A stretch of DNA of 64,000 nucleotides, taken from the sequence record LR756504.1; one strand, written 5' to 3'. The notes beneath the pieces were generated by a model that saw nothing but the letters and a program-made list of their open reading frames with translations, did no database searches and was not told the origin of the DNA. A program made the translations under genes and the position numbers. Each line of letters begins with the position of its first letter. Position 1 is the first letter of the stretch. Shown here piece by piece: positions 27,386 to 38,264 of this stretch.

Positions 27386-27477
27386 GTGGATAAATATAGA
27401 TAAATAAAATAAGAAAACCAAAAATTATAGAAAAGATTCATTTTTATATATAAACTACTTAAAAATTGTATAATTTA

Positions 27478-30400
27478 ATGATTGGTAGCAAATTTACTGG
27501 CCCTATATTACCCTTTAATTTAAATGATCCCACACATATTTCGGGATATGGTAAAGGTGGTATTTATACATCAATAGATACTCTAACTGATAGAGATGCT
27601 ATACCTATTGGTAAAAGAGAGCATGGTATGGTTGTAGCCGTTGGTAATGCAAGCACTGCTGGTGGTGTGTTTGATAATTATCAATTAATTATACCAAATT
27701 GGTATCTTTTAAATAGTGTAGATAGACTTACATCATTAGCTGACAATAATAATTGGAGAAAATTAGTAAATATTACAATAAATGGTTCTAGTGGTACTAA
27801 TTTCACTTTAACAACATCTAATATTAATGAAGGAACTAACTTTTATTATACCGATGTAAGAGTAAATGCAAATTCAAATGTTATTAATGGTGCTACAGCA
27901 TATAGCTGGGGTAATCATTCAACTGCTGGTTATCAACTAGCATTAGGTTATACACCAGTAAATAAAGCTGGTGATACTGGTATTGGTGCTTTGAGTATTA
28001 GCAATACAACTGCTTCTACTTCTAGTTCTTCTGGTGCGCTAATTGTTGCTGGTGGTGTGGGGATTGGGGGTGCTTTATATGGTACATCTTCAAATTTTAC
28101 TATTTATAATTTATTAGACACCACTTATAAAACAGCATTAGATCTATCAGCAGCTAATACATTAAGATTAGGAAATGGTTTCACAACACTAACATCACCA
28201 GTAACATTAATTCAACTTACAGGTGGAAATACTTTTATATCTAATAGAACAGTTGGATCCACCCTTAGTTTGGGTGTTTTAGGTGGTAATAACAATTCAC
28301 AAGGAGTTATAATAACTACTGATGGTAATTTAACAAGTGCTACAGCTATTAGAAACATATTAACTGTGAACCCTTCTTATGTGATAGGTACATCTGGTGT
28401 GGGAACTTTAAAGGCTGTAAGTGTATCACCAGTTTTAACTCTTAGCAGTACCGCAAACCAAGTAATGACTATGGTAGAAATTAATCCTGGTATTACAAAT
28501 AGTCTTACAAATGGTTCTACATTATATGGGTTAAGAAGTAGAATTAATACCGATACGAGTGGCGCAATCACCTATAATATTTATGTTGATGGTACAGCAC
28601 CAAATTATTTTGCTGGTAATACAGTTATCGGTGGTAGTTCAAGTGGTGCTACTTTAGATGCACCTATACATAGAGTTTTAGATTTTGATGGAGTTACTTA
28701 TAGAACAGCATTAGATTCATCAGCACTAAATACATTAAGATTAGGTAACGGATTTACTACTTTAACAACACCTACTTCTACTTTAAATTTTACTGGTGGT
28801 AATAATGTTATTGCAAATACTGGTGGTCAATTAACCATACAATCTTCTGGTAATTTTAACGTTCTATTACAAACATTCGCTAATGCAAATCCAAGCAATG
28901 GTATTTATCTTGTAAAAAATGGAAACATTACTGCCACTACAAATAGTCATCAAATAGCACAAATAAGTGGAACTTTCACACAATCTGGAACTGGTGTTGG
29001 TATACAAGCATCTTTATATATCAATCATACTATTAGTCAAACATCAACTGGTATTAATCAACCAGTATATGGTATATACATTAACCCAACTATATCATCA
29101 CCACTTTCAACTCAAGTAATTGGTTTAAGATCTAGTGTTAATAATAGTACTAGTGGTAATACAGGTTATAATTTATACATTGATGGTACTGCACCAAATT
29201 ACTTGGCTGGTAATACAGTTATTGGTGGTAGTTCAAGTGGTGCTACTTTAGATGCTCCAATACATAGAGTTTTAGATTTTGATGGTGTTACATATAAAAC
29301 TGCTCTATCTTCTACAACAACTAATAGATTAAACATTGGTATTGGGTATTCTACGACATACATAGCAGGTAATTTGTTGATGGCTGATACAGGTGGTACT
29401 GTACGTACTCTTTTTGATTCACCAAGTGTAAATGCTATTAATTTTGGATCTTCATTTGCCACAATTTTAGTTCCATCCAGTTTAATAGATATTTCTAAAA
29501 ATTTCGCGGCGGCTGGTTCAACAAACTCTTATGGTATAAGAACCAGTGCAACACTTACTGGTACGAGTGGTGCAACAGGAACATCAGCATCGTTTTCAGC
29601 CATAAATACTATCAATCAACCATCAGGTGCTTTAGGTGATATTTATAGTTTTAATGCTTCACCTTCTTTCACAAGGATAGAAGCAGCTTTAAAATATGTA
29701 GGTTATTATTCAAATGTCGCTTCGTTTAGTACAGGTGGTGGTACAACTTATTCTGGATATCATAATGGTGCAGCATCTACTTTCTTTAATCACAAAATAC
29801 AATTAGGTTCTGGTACAGGTATAGCAGATTCTAACGGTGTTTTTGTGGCTAGAATACCCACTACAGTAGGTAGTGCAACTAATTACTTTGGAATTAATAA
29901 TAGTTCTGCTACTAATGATATATCAATAGGCGCACATTCCGCATCTGGTGATACTAATGTAAGTATAAGCTATTTTACAAAAGGTACAGGTACACATAAA
30001 TTTACAGGGAATATAACAGTAGCAGGTACTACTGGGATTATTCAATCACCAACAATACAAATTTTAGATTTTGATGGTATTACATATAAAAATGCTTTAA
30101 CAAATTCTGGTACAACAAATCAATTATTTGTAGGTAGTGGGTTTGGTACTACTTCTATACCAGTTGGTTCAAATAGATTTAACTTTTCTAATGCCAGTTT
30201 TAGTTATACAAATGGCGTATCTATTCAAGCGTTTAGTTTAGTGGCTGCTCAAATTACTATTCCAAATGGTGCAATTGCTTCTACTTATGCATTTCAAAAT
30301 GCGTCAGGATTCAGTTATGCATTTCTATCTAGTGGAACAATAACAGTAGGCTCATCGACTGCTGATGCTGCATCATTTGTTGCAAACAATACTATAAATC

Positions 30401-31020
30401 AAACTTCTGGAAGTACTCAAATATCAATGTTTTCGGCAATACCTGCTGCTTTAACTAATGTTTCTGGTAGGTTTGTTGGTTATTACTCTAATATTTCAGG
30501 TGCAGCTCCAACTGGTGGTGGTACTGCATATGCTCAATATCATGCGGGTACAGCACCGAGCTTATTCTCTGGTACGATTACATCGAAAGGATTTGCTGAT
30601 GCTTCTAGTGCATCGGCTGGTAATGTTGGTGAAGTGATAGAAAGTACAATAAGTACATTTACTAATTATACCACAACTGCAACGTATCAAAATATCACAT
30701 CAATATCTTTAACTGCTGGTGATTGGGATATCTATGGTTTTGGTACATTTAATTCAAATACAGCGACAATAACAGCGGGTGCTAATGCTATATTTAATAT
30801 AGCAACAGCAACAGCAAGCGCAACAGGTGCTATAGAAGGTAAAACTATTTCTTATATACCACAAGCAGCATTACTAGGAACATCCATTGAAACTTGTGGT
30901 TCAATGCGTATACGTGTTAGTATCTCATCAACTACTTCATATTATTTGAATACACAATCAACATTCACATTACTTAATCCTCAATTCTCTGGTACTATAA
31001 GTGCTAGACGTATAAGATAA
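27478..31020 (+). CDS. Long tail fibre-like protein
   Basis: About 1180 aa, Gly/Thr/Ser/Asn-rich, internal repeats; TTTATATATA upstream. Confidence 0.75.
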   Translation: MIGSKFTGPILPFNLNDPTHISGYGKGGIYTSIDTLTDRDAIPIGKREHGMVVAVGNASTAGGVFDNYQLIIPNWYLLNSVDRLTSLADNNNWRKLVNITINGSSGTNFTLTTSNINEGTNFYYTDVRVNANSNVINGATAYSWGNHSTAGYQLALGYTPVNKAGDTGIGALSISNTTASTSSSSGALIVAGGVGIGGALYGTSSNFTIYNLLDTTYKTALDLSAANTLRLGNGFTTLTSPVTLIQLTGGNTFISNRTVGSTLSLGVLGGNNNSQGVIITTDGNLTSATAIRNILTVNPSYVIGTSGVGTLKAVSVSPVLTLSSTANQVMTMVEINPGITNSLTNGSTLYGLRSRINTDTSGAITYNIYVDGTAPNYFAGNTVIGGSSSGATLDAPIHRVLDFDGVTYRTALDSSALNTLRLGNGFTTLTTPTSTLNFTGGNNVIANTGGQLTIQSSGNFNVLLQTFANANPSNGIYLVKNGNITATTNSHQIAQISGTFTQSGTGVGIQASLYINHTISQTSTGINQPVYGIYINPTISSPLSTQVIGLRSSVNNSTSGNTGYNLYIDGTAPNYLAGNTVIGGSSSGATLDAPIHRVLDFDGVTYKTALSSTTTNRLNIGIGYSTTYIAGNLLMADTGGTVRTLFDSPSVNAINFGSSFATILVPSSLIDISKNFAAAGSTNSYGIRTSATLTGTSGATGTSASFSAINTINQPSGALGDIYSFNASPSFTRIEAALKYVGYYSNVASFSTGGGTTYSGYHNGAASTFFNHKIQLGSGTGIADSNGVFVARIPTTVGSATNYFGINNSSATNDISIGAHSASGDTNVSISYFTKGTGTHKFTGNITVAGTTGIIQSPTIQILDFDGITYKNALTNSGTTNQLFVGSGFGTTSIPVGSNRFNFSNASFSYTNGVSIQAFSLVAAQITIPNGAIASTYAFQNASGFSYAFLSSGTITVGSSTADAASFVANNTINQTSGSTQISMFSAIPAALTNVSGRFVGYYSNISGAAPTGGGTAYAQYHAGTAPSLFSGTITSKGFADASSASAGNVGEVIESTISTFTNYTTTATYQNITSISLTAGDWDIYGFGTFNSNTATITAGANAIFNIATATASATGAIEGKTISYIPQAALLGTSIETCGSMRIRVSISSTTSYYLNTQSTFTLLNPQFSGTISARRIR
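28588..29303 (+). repeat. 122-nt coding direct repeat (28588-28709 and 29182-29303)
   Basis: Both encode DGTAPNY(F/L)AGNTVIGGSSSGATLDAPIHRVLDFDGVTY(R/K)TA; mostly third-position differences. Confidence 0.9.
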
Positions 31021-31120
31021 TGTAATCTTCAAAGAAGATAGCAATTTTAAACTCATTTTTTTTATAAATATAATTCAACTTTTTTAATATTATTCATATA
31101 AATAAAAAAGTATATTTAAT

Positions 31121-31519
31121 ATGGTAATAGAATTGGAATTAAGCAAAATAATAGGAGCTTATGAAATTTTAGAAGGTGGTACAGAAATACCAAATTCAAT
31201 AAAAAATTTAAATCTTAAATTTAAAGGAAAAACTGCTTTAAAAATTTCTCTTTTGAAATTAAAATTAAAAGATTTCGCATCTATAGCAGAAGAAACAAGA
31301 AAAAATCTTATAAAAGATAAATATGGTGTTGTCGATGTCGATGGTAACTATTTTGTATCCAATGAAAATATACAAGATTTCGTATCCGAATTTAACGAAA
31401 TATTAAATACTAAGCATAGCATTTCATTTACACCTTTAATTTGGGAGGATTTAGATGATGTTGAAATCCCTCTAGAATTTTCAGATAAATTACTTCATTT
31501 CTTTGAATTTGATGTATAA
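31121..31519 (+). CDS. Tail-fibre-associated small protein (possible chaperone)
   Basis: Directly after the fibre gene; TATAAATA at 31097-31104. Confidence 0.5.
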   Translation: MVIELELSKIIGAYEILEGGTEIPNSIKNLNLKFKGKTALKISLLKLKLKDFASIAEETRKNLIKDKYGVVDVDGNYFVSNENIQDFVSEFNEILNTKHSISFTPLIWEDLDDVEIPLEFSDKLLHFFEFDV

Positions 31520-31525
31520 CTAACT

Positions 31526-31918
31526 ATGGAATATGCTAAAAGAGTTTTAAAAGAGTTAAAGCAAGAATTTTTTATTGTATTGACTTTTAGTGGTGGCATT
31601 AGTGCTTTAATACCACCACTAACTATCTTCATGACTAAATTTGAAATAGTTATTTCTTTTAGAGACATTTTTTTGTTATTCATATGCTGTGTTTTTATTT
31701 TTATTGGTAATTATAAAAAAGATAATCTTATAACTAATTCTGTTAGAAATTTGTTATCTATAATAGCATTTACACTTTTGATGTTACCAACAATGGGACT
31801 ATTAAATGAAATGGCTGGTATGGATATGAAAGTACCTATTATGAGCTATGCTTTATCCTATCTAATTGCAATTTTACTTTATACTATAAAAAATACCGTA
31901 TTTCATATTATAAAATAG
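31526..31918 (+). CDS. Multi-pass membrane protein (holin candidate)
   Basis: 3-4 hydrophobic helices, basic N-terminus, in the late structural block. Confidence 0.45.
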   Translation: MEYAKRVLKELKQEFFIVLTFSGGISALIPPLTIFMTKFEIVISFRDIFLLFICCVFIFIGNYKKDNLITNSVRNLLSIIAFTLLMLPTMGLLNEMAGMDMKVPIMSYALSYLIAILLYTIKNTVFHIIK

Positions 31919-31945
31919 AATATATAAGTAAAATATATTCATTTA

Positions 31946-33598
31946 ATGATAAAGTATTTCCCATTTACTTCTACTGGTACTTATTCAGGGAGCTATGAAG
32001 CTTCTACTTCTTTTGGGGTACTTCTCGGAACTGAATTATTTAGTAATAATGATTTAAGCAATCCTTCATTATTTTGGTATTCACAATTTAATACTCTTAT
32101 TACTGGTTTAAATGGTCAATATGACTTATTAGGTATACATAATGGTAAATTTATTAGTGGATTTATTACAGTTAATGGTGCTAAAACATATAGACTTTCA
32201 TTTGATATTTTAAATGTTAATACAGCATCTTTTATAATTGAAAAAGGAGATTTTTTTTCAACACAACAATTATTAACAACTGTTAGTACACCATCAATTG
32301 GAACATTTACATATGACTTTTCTTTTGGTGCTTCTGGTAATAATAGAATTGGAATTATAGCAAGTGGGACTGAAATGATTATTACCAATGTTTCTCTTAG
32401 AGATATTACAACTACAACTTTACCTAGTATTCCAACAGGTTCTATTTGTGGACCTGGTGATATTGCTAAAATAGGTTTAAATTGGTATACATCAGAAAGT
32501 GTTGACTTTTTAAGTGGTGATTTAACAATTGAAAGTTTATTATCATCCGATTGGTCATCACAATTAAAACAAGATTGGCTTAAAGCTTATTTAAAATATA
32601 TAGGGCTTGGTACTCTTTCAAATACTAATTTTAACTTGGTATTACAAAAAGCAGAAGATATTAATTTATTTAATCAATTAAGTAATCCAAGTGTTGCATA
32701 TGTAAATAAAGATTTAATAACTAATGAAATAAGCATTGCTTTAAATGTTTATGATTTAAGATTCGTAATAGAATTAGGTAATACATTTGCTAATAATGAT
32801 CCATTCAAAATTTTAATTTATTTAAATCACACAAAAGATAAAGCATTAGTATCAAATTTATGTAAAGTTAAATATAAAGGATATGAACAAATTGTTTGGT
32901 GTTTTGATGGAATAGAATATAAAGATTACGAACTTTCTAATACACCATCTTTGTTTGATGGTGGTGGTAATATTTTTGGGCAGGTTAAATTGGCAGGAGA
33001 TGGTATAATAACAAAATATATTGTTAAAAGAAATATTGATCCCAATGATCCAACGGTTGGTATTTGTTCTGGTGATGGTGGACCATTCTGTATGGGTGAT
33101 GAAATTCATCTAATTGATACATCCGTTTGGACAACAAACGAATTTGGTACTAATGGTAGCACATGGACTTGGATTGGAGATTATTCACAACTTAAATATC
33201 ATTGGTATATTGCCGATATAACAAATCCTTGTTATGATTATAGAAATTATGGTGTGGAAATGATGAAATTTCCTATTCGTGTGATTCAATTTTGTGAATT
33301 GAATGATTTCAACTATACTATAGAATATTTCTATTATCCTACAGATATAAATACCGATATTATAGTTAGAATAAATGAAAATGTATTTTGGTATCCTGGT
33401 GATAGTGTAACTATTTCTGATTTTGCTATAATAAATGGTTATTATGCAACTGATTGGATAATTATCAGCAAAGGCACTGACATTAATGCTACAAATAATG
33501 AAAACGATTCAACACATTTCAGATTAAGAAAAACTGGATTTGATAATACAATTTTTCAATTTCCGACAAGTAACTACAAAATATACCGCTCTTTCTAA
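31946..33598 (+). CDS. Putative virion structural protein
   Basis: 550 aa, beta-rich, in the structural block. Confidence 0.55.
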   Translation: MIKYFPFTSTGTYSGSYEASTSFGVLLGTELFSNNDLSNPSLFWYSQFNTLITGLNGQYDLLGIHNGKFISGFITVNGAKTYRLSFDILNVNTASFIIEKGDFFSTQQLLTTVSTPSIGTFTYDFSFGASGNNRIGIIASGTEMIITNVSLRDITTTTLPSIPTGSICGPGDIAKIGLNWYTSESVDFLSGDLTIESLLSSDWSSQLKQDWLKAYLKYIGLGTLSNTNFNLVLQKAEDINLFNQLSNPSVAYVNKDLITNEISIALNVYDLRFVIELGNTFANNDPFKILIYLNHTKDKALVSNLCKVKYKGYEQIVWCFDGIEYKDYELSNTPSLFDGGGNIFGQVKLAGDGIITKYIVKRNIDPNDPTVGICSGDGGPFCMGDEIHLIDTSVWTTNEFGTNGSTWTWIGDYSQLKYHWYIADITNPCYDYRNYGVEMMKFPIRVIQFCELNDFNYTIEYFYYPTDINTDIIVRINENVFWYPGDSVTISDFAIINGYYATDWIIISKGTDINATNNENDSTHFRLRKTGFDNTIFQFPTSNYKIYRSF

Positions 33599-33646
33599 AA
33601 ATCACTTACTGTTTTTTAATATATAAATAAAATAGGTATAGATTTA

Positions 33647-35617
33647 ATGAACCCTTTAGATTATTTAAAAATGATTGGTAGTAATCTTGGTATTACGGCT
33701 TTTCGTGATAAATATAATTTATTAGTTGATAGAACTATTTATGATGTTAGCGCAGAGCTAAATGGCACATCGGGTACAGTTTTGACATTTTATACTAATT
33801 TAGATACCATACAAGTAGTAGTACCAATTTCTCTTGCATCATTAACAGATATTCATTTAACAAACTCACAAGTAGGTCAGACAATAATTTACAATGGTAC
33901 AAATTGGGTCAATTCATATCCACTACTTGCAACATTAGGTGATGTTGAATTAACTAATCTACAAACAAAAGATGTATTATTATATAATGGTACTAACTGG
34001 GTTAATGGTATTTCAGAAAATAATGATTATACATCAAATATTTTCATTAATGATGGTGATACATATACAACCACAATTTCTACTTTAGATGAAATTTTAG
34101 GTTTATTAGCACCTTCAAAACCAGGTAATTTAAGTACTAAGTCTCTAACTGTATCACCAATATATACCACAAGTCCTATATCTATAATTCAAAGTAAAAC
34201 AGGTACAGCGAGAACTTATATTACAGATGATACAACACCTATAATAGAAATTACACCTTATACAAATACACCAGCATCAACAAATAATGGTGTATATAAT
34301 GCTGATGCAGGAGTTTTAAATTCAGTTTTAATTGTTGATCAAGGTGGTAGCAATACAACTTTCACAACACCTGGTATTACATTTACAACAGCGAGCGAAG
34401 CTGGTCAATCTAGTATAGACATAGACACAACTCATAGTTTAACTGTAACTGATGATTTTGATTATCATTTTGGTGTAGTAGGTAAACAAGGATTTTGGAA
34501 AGCTTTCTTATCAAGAGTTCAAATTTTAAATCCTTTAACATATTATCCAACTGAGCAACATAATGTTTCAATGACACATTCTATTACAGGAACTTCAAGT
34601 TTAACATTCTTTATTGATGATCCATCAACACCAAGTATTACAAATTTATTAATTAGCACTACTGCTACATCACCTCAACCAAGACATATTAGTGGTGTAC
34701 CATCATTAAGTACTGGTGATATTATCAATTCACAGTTTGTATTACACAATGCAATTAAAACATTTTATAATTCTAAAATTGTTAATGTCAATTCAACGTG
34801 GACAACATCTGTAGATGCTTTAGAAACAGGAATTAAAACATATAGTAGTAATTATAATGCTAACATAAATGTTGCAACTTTAATTAATAAATATACAGAA
34901 GATATTGTACTTACTAATAATGGATATAATTCTAAATATCAAACTATAACAACAGGAAACTTTGTACAAACAACAGGAGCTATTGCTACAACTCAATCTG
35001 GTAAAAAAATGAGAATCGATACAGTGAGTAATGAAACAATTAGAAAAACATCCGATACTAGTTTATATCCAACATCAGGATATGGTAATACATTTGATTC
35101 AACAAAGAATATTAAAACAGATATTGGATACACAGAAGAATTATTATTAATAAATGGGCTATTTAGATTTCCATCAAATACAGATAATTTTACAACAAAC
35201 TGGCCAGAAGTTGGTCCAGATTACTCATCAGGGATGAATTCTAGTTCAGGATACAGGTGGGTAACATTTGATTTAGGATCACATAGTAATGTACCAGCTA
35301 TAAGATTTGGATTTAATACACCAACTGGATTTACATTTGATGCACTTACAACTAAAATTTTAGATAATATGAAAGTGTATGTTAAATGTGGTACAGCAAC
35401 AGCTTGGTTAGATGGTAATTTGGCATATAACTCAGGTTCATTTAATGTTAATACAAATGGTTCTGGTGCATTAGATATAGGAGGTTCATTAAATGGTACA
35501 ACTAATAGAAGAGTAACATTTGGTGGTACAGTATCAGGAAATATATACGTGAGAATTGGTATTGCAAATGGTATTACTGGTATAAGCTTTGCTTCAATAA
35601 CCGAATTACCATTATAA
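33647..35617 (+). CDS. Putative tail/baseplate structural protein
   Basis: Two L-D(I/V)-LT...YNGTNWVN repeats, Thr-rich; TAATATATAAATA upstream. Confidence 0.65.
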   Translation: MNPLDYLKMIGSNLGITAFRDKYNLLVDRTIYDVSAELNGTSGTVLTFYTNLDTIQVVVPISLASLTDIHLTNSQVGQTIIYNGTNWVNSYPLLATLGDVELTNLQTKDVLLYNGTNWVNGISENNDYTSNIFINDGDTYTTTISTLDEILGLLAPSKPGNLSTKSLTVSPIYTTSPISIIQSKTGTARTYITDDTTPIIEITPYTNTPASTNNGVYNADAGVLNSVLIVDQGGSNTTFTTPGITFTTASEAGQSSIDIDTTHSLTVTDDFDYHFGVVGKQGFWKAFLSRVQILNPLTYYPTEQHNVSMTHSITGTSSLTFFIDDPSTPSITNLLISTTATSPQPRHISGVPSLSTGDIINSQFVLHNAIKTFYNSKIVNVNSTWTTSVDALETGIKTYSSNYNANINVATLINKYTEDIVLTNNGYNSKYQTITTGNFVQTTGAIATTQSGKKMRIDTVSNETIRKTSDTSLYPTSGYGNTFDSTKNIKTDIGYTEELLLINGLFRFPSNTDNFTTNWPEVGPDYSSGMNSSSGYRWVTFDLGSHSNVPAIRFGFNTPTGFTFDALTTKILDNMKVYVKCGTATAWLDGNLAYNSGSFNVNTNGSGALDIGGSLNGTTNRRVTFGGTVSGNIYVRIGIANGITGISFASITELPL

Positions 35618-35639
35618 AAATAAAAAAGTAAAATAGTAA

Positions 35640-37970
35640 ATGGCATTAACATCACAACAAATTGCAGACATTCTATTTAAAAAGGTTGCTACAGGTAAAA
35701 CTGATAGTGGTTCATTACCATTTGCTTTTTTTGAAGAAAGTATAAATGCTAATAAAAGTATTATAAGTAAAGATTATTGGGTTGATTCAGCTTTAATACC
35801 AGATATTAATCCATTAGCATCAGGTACTCATGGTCAATCACAAGGAGTATTAAGAGTAATAAAAACATTATTATTAGATTGGGTTCCTGGTACGTTCGCA
35901 TTTACACATGCTGAATTAAAAGATATTATCCCATTTAATTATGGTACTAATGGTTCATATAATTATCAATTATTTTTAAATAACGGAACTACTGTTATAC
36001 CAATGGGTACTAATGATTGGTATTTAGATTCAGAAGGTGGTGTTTTAACATTCTTTAATGGTGGTTCTCCCGCATTTCCTACAGGTGTAAATAGTACATC
36101 TTTAAGACCTAGAATAACATGTTGGAGTTATATTGGTGCTAAAAATAATCCAGTATTAACATTAAATGAAAGTTCTGCGGGAGCAGTAGCAGATGATTAT
36201 ATTCTATCTTCCGATTTAAGATTTTATTCTCCTAATATAGTTTATGTAATTAAAGTTGCAAACACAAATACAGGTATATCAACAATTAATATAAATTCTT
36301 TAGGTACTAAAACTATAAAGAAAAATGATGATGGTAATTTAATAGACTTAGAAGCAGATGATATTAAAGCTGGTGTTAATTACATTTTTATTTATGATAT
36401 AAACAACGATGTTTTTCAAATTGCATCTGGTGCTAGTGGTACAGGAAATGCATCACTAAAAATTGTTGATATTAATACATCCGATTGGGTATTAAATTCG
36501 GGTGTTTATGAATTTGATATTATTAATTATACCGTATTAGGATTTAAAGAAATTGGTTCTGTTCAATTATGGACACAAATTTCAGGTAATGATTTTGAAT
36601 TAGTATCTGCCGATTTCGAAGTAAATAGATCCACTAAAGAATTAAGAGTTAAATCATTAACTAATCCATTATCACAATTGAGAATAATGGGTGGTGGGAA
36701 GGTTAGTTCTATAGCAAGTTCAAGTGGTTATCTTTATTTATATGAATTAGCAGATGTTGAAATAACTACATTAAATATTGGCGATACCATAATATTTGAT
36801 GGTACTAACTGGGTTAATGGTGTAATAGATTTAACATCTTACGCACTTAAACCATCATCATATACAACTAATAATCTAACTATAATGGATACTGCTGGTG
36901 AACAATTAGTAGATTCGGGTATTAATATATCACTGTTTGGTAATAAATATAATAAAGTAGCATTCGTAGATTCAGTAAACGGTAATGATAGCAATGGTCA
37001 AAAAGGCTCTATTTTAAAACCATATAAAAGCCTTAATACAGCATTCAATGCATCATCATCAGGTGATTTAATATTTTTAATGCCTGGAACACATAATGGT
37101 GGCAGCGCATTTGGATTACCTTTAGGAAATAATATAGATTATTATTTCTTGAATGCTGAAGTAACTTATACAGGTTATGCAGCTTTAATGGGTACTATTA
37201 GTGCAGTTGATAACATAACATGTAAAATATTTGGTAAAGGTTCATTTAGGAGAAGTAATAATAGTACACCAGATAGTAATCCTTGGGCTATGATTACACC
37301 TTATACAGCAGGATTAAATTTAAATATTGATGGTATTGATTTCTATGCAGGTAATTTTCCTTTTATTGGTACTGTTGGAGAATTAAATAATGCATCCACT
37401 AATGGTAATGGTTCGTATATTTACACTAAAAAAATAAATATTAAAAATAGTAGAATTGAATCGTATGATAATAATGTTTCCACTACTGTTAATGCTGGTA
37501 ATATGTCAGGCAATATACAATTAACATTAGATAATTGTTATTTTAAAGGTTTAATAATGTCAACTACTGATAATTCTAAAAATTATCCTTATATAATAAA
37601 AGCTACAAATACTATCTTTGAAGCAGGAACAAATTCTAATAGTTTGAATTACAATATAGCATTTTTAGATTATTACGACTCTTCTGCCGAATATAAAGCA
37701 ATATTTGAAAGATGTACTTTTAAATCAGCATATGGTAGTTTATGGATAGGTAATGGATTTGGTGGTAGTGGTGGAACTAATAAACATCTTTACATATATG
37801 ATAATAAATTCACAAATGATTCACGTGGTTGGGTTGTTAATGAAACAGCTGGTGTGGATTATAAATTAATAAATAATTGGAGTGAAAATTCCAACACAGG
37901 TACATACACAGTAACTAATTTGATTTCAGGAAGTGGTTTTATTATAGACAACGGATTAGAATTATTTTAA
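35640..37970 (+). CDS. Tailspike/fibre with probable C-terminal beta-helix
   Basis: FDGTNWVNG repeat; AFVDSVNGNDSNG...PYKSLNTAF beta-helix entry motif. Confidence 0.65.
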   Translation: MALTSQQIADILFKKVATGKTDSGSLPFAFFEESINANKSIISKDYWVDSALIPDINPLASGTHGQSQGVLRVIKTLLLDWVPGTFAFTHAELKDIIPFNYGTNGSYNYQLFLNNGTTVIPMGTNDWYLDSEGGVLTFFNGGSPAFPTGVNSTSLRPRITCWSYIGAKNNPVLTLNESSAGAVADDYILSSDLRFYSPNIVYVIKVANTNTGISTININSLGTKTIKKNDDGNLIDLEADDIKAGVNYIFIYDINNDVFQIASGASGTGNASLKIVDINTSDWVLNSGVYEFDIINYTVLGFKEIGSVQLWTQISGNDFELVSADFEVNRSTKELRVKSLTNPLSQLRIMGGGKVSSIASSSGYLYLYELADVEITTLNIGDTIIFDGTNWVNGVIDLTSYALKPSSYTTNNLTIMDTAGEQLVDSGINISLFGNKYNKVAFVDSVNGNDSNGQKGSILKPYKSLNTAFNASSSGDLIFLMPGTHNGGSAFGLPLGNNIDYYFLNAEVTYTGYAALMGTISAVDNITCKIFGKGSFRRSNNSTPDSNPWAMITPYTAGLNLNIDGIDFYAGNFPFIGTVGELNNASTNGNGSYIYTKKINIKNSRIESYDNNVSTTVNAGNMSGNIQLTLDNCYFKGLIMSTTDNSKNYPYIIKATNTIFEAGTNSNSLNYNIAFLDYYDSSAEYKAIFERCTFKSAYGSLWIGNGFGGSGGTNKHLYIYDNKFTNDSRGWVVNETAGVDYKLINNWSENSNTGTYTVTNLISGSGFIIDNGLELF

Positions 37971-37986
37971 AAAATAAAAATAATAT

Positions 37987-38247
37987 ATGAAAACAATTTC
38001 AGTGGAAATAACAAATATATTAAATGATGTGTATAATAAAATTATCGTATTTAATATTGCTGCTATAGTTAAACAAAATAATATTATACTAAATATTTAT
38101 ACTATCAAACACAATATATTTGATGGTGATAATTATATTAATTCAATTTCATCATTAGCACAAAATGAAGAGTTGTATTTAGCATCACTGTGTGTTTTAA
38201 CAGAAGAAGAACAAAATAAAATAGCTTTTTTACAAAGCCTATTATAA
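37987..38247 (+). CDS. Small structural-block protein
   Basis: 86-aa ORF between fibre genes. Confidence 0.65.
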   Translation: MKTISVEITNILNDVYNKIIVFNIAAIVKQNNIILNIYTIKHNIFDGDNYINSISSLAQNEELYLASLCVLTEEEQNKIAFLQSLL

Positions 38248-38264
38248 AAAATAAAATATAATAA

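Noticed and set aside
28588-29303. Diversity-generating retroelement TR/VR pair
   Set aside because: Differences are mostly synonymous and not adenine-specific; no reverse transcriptase in the window
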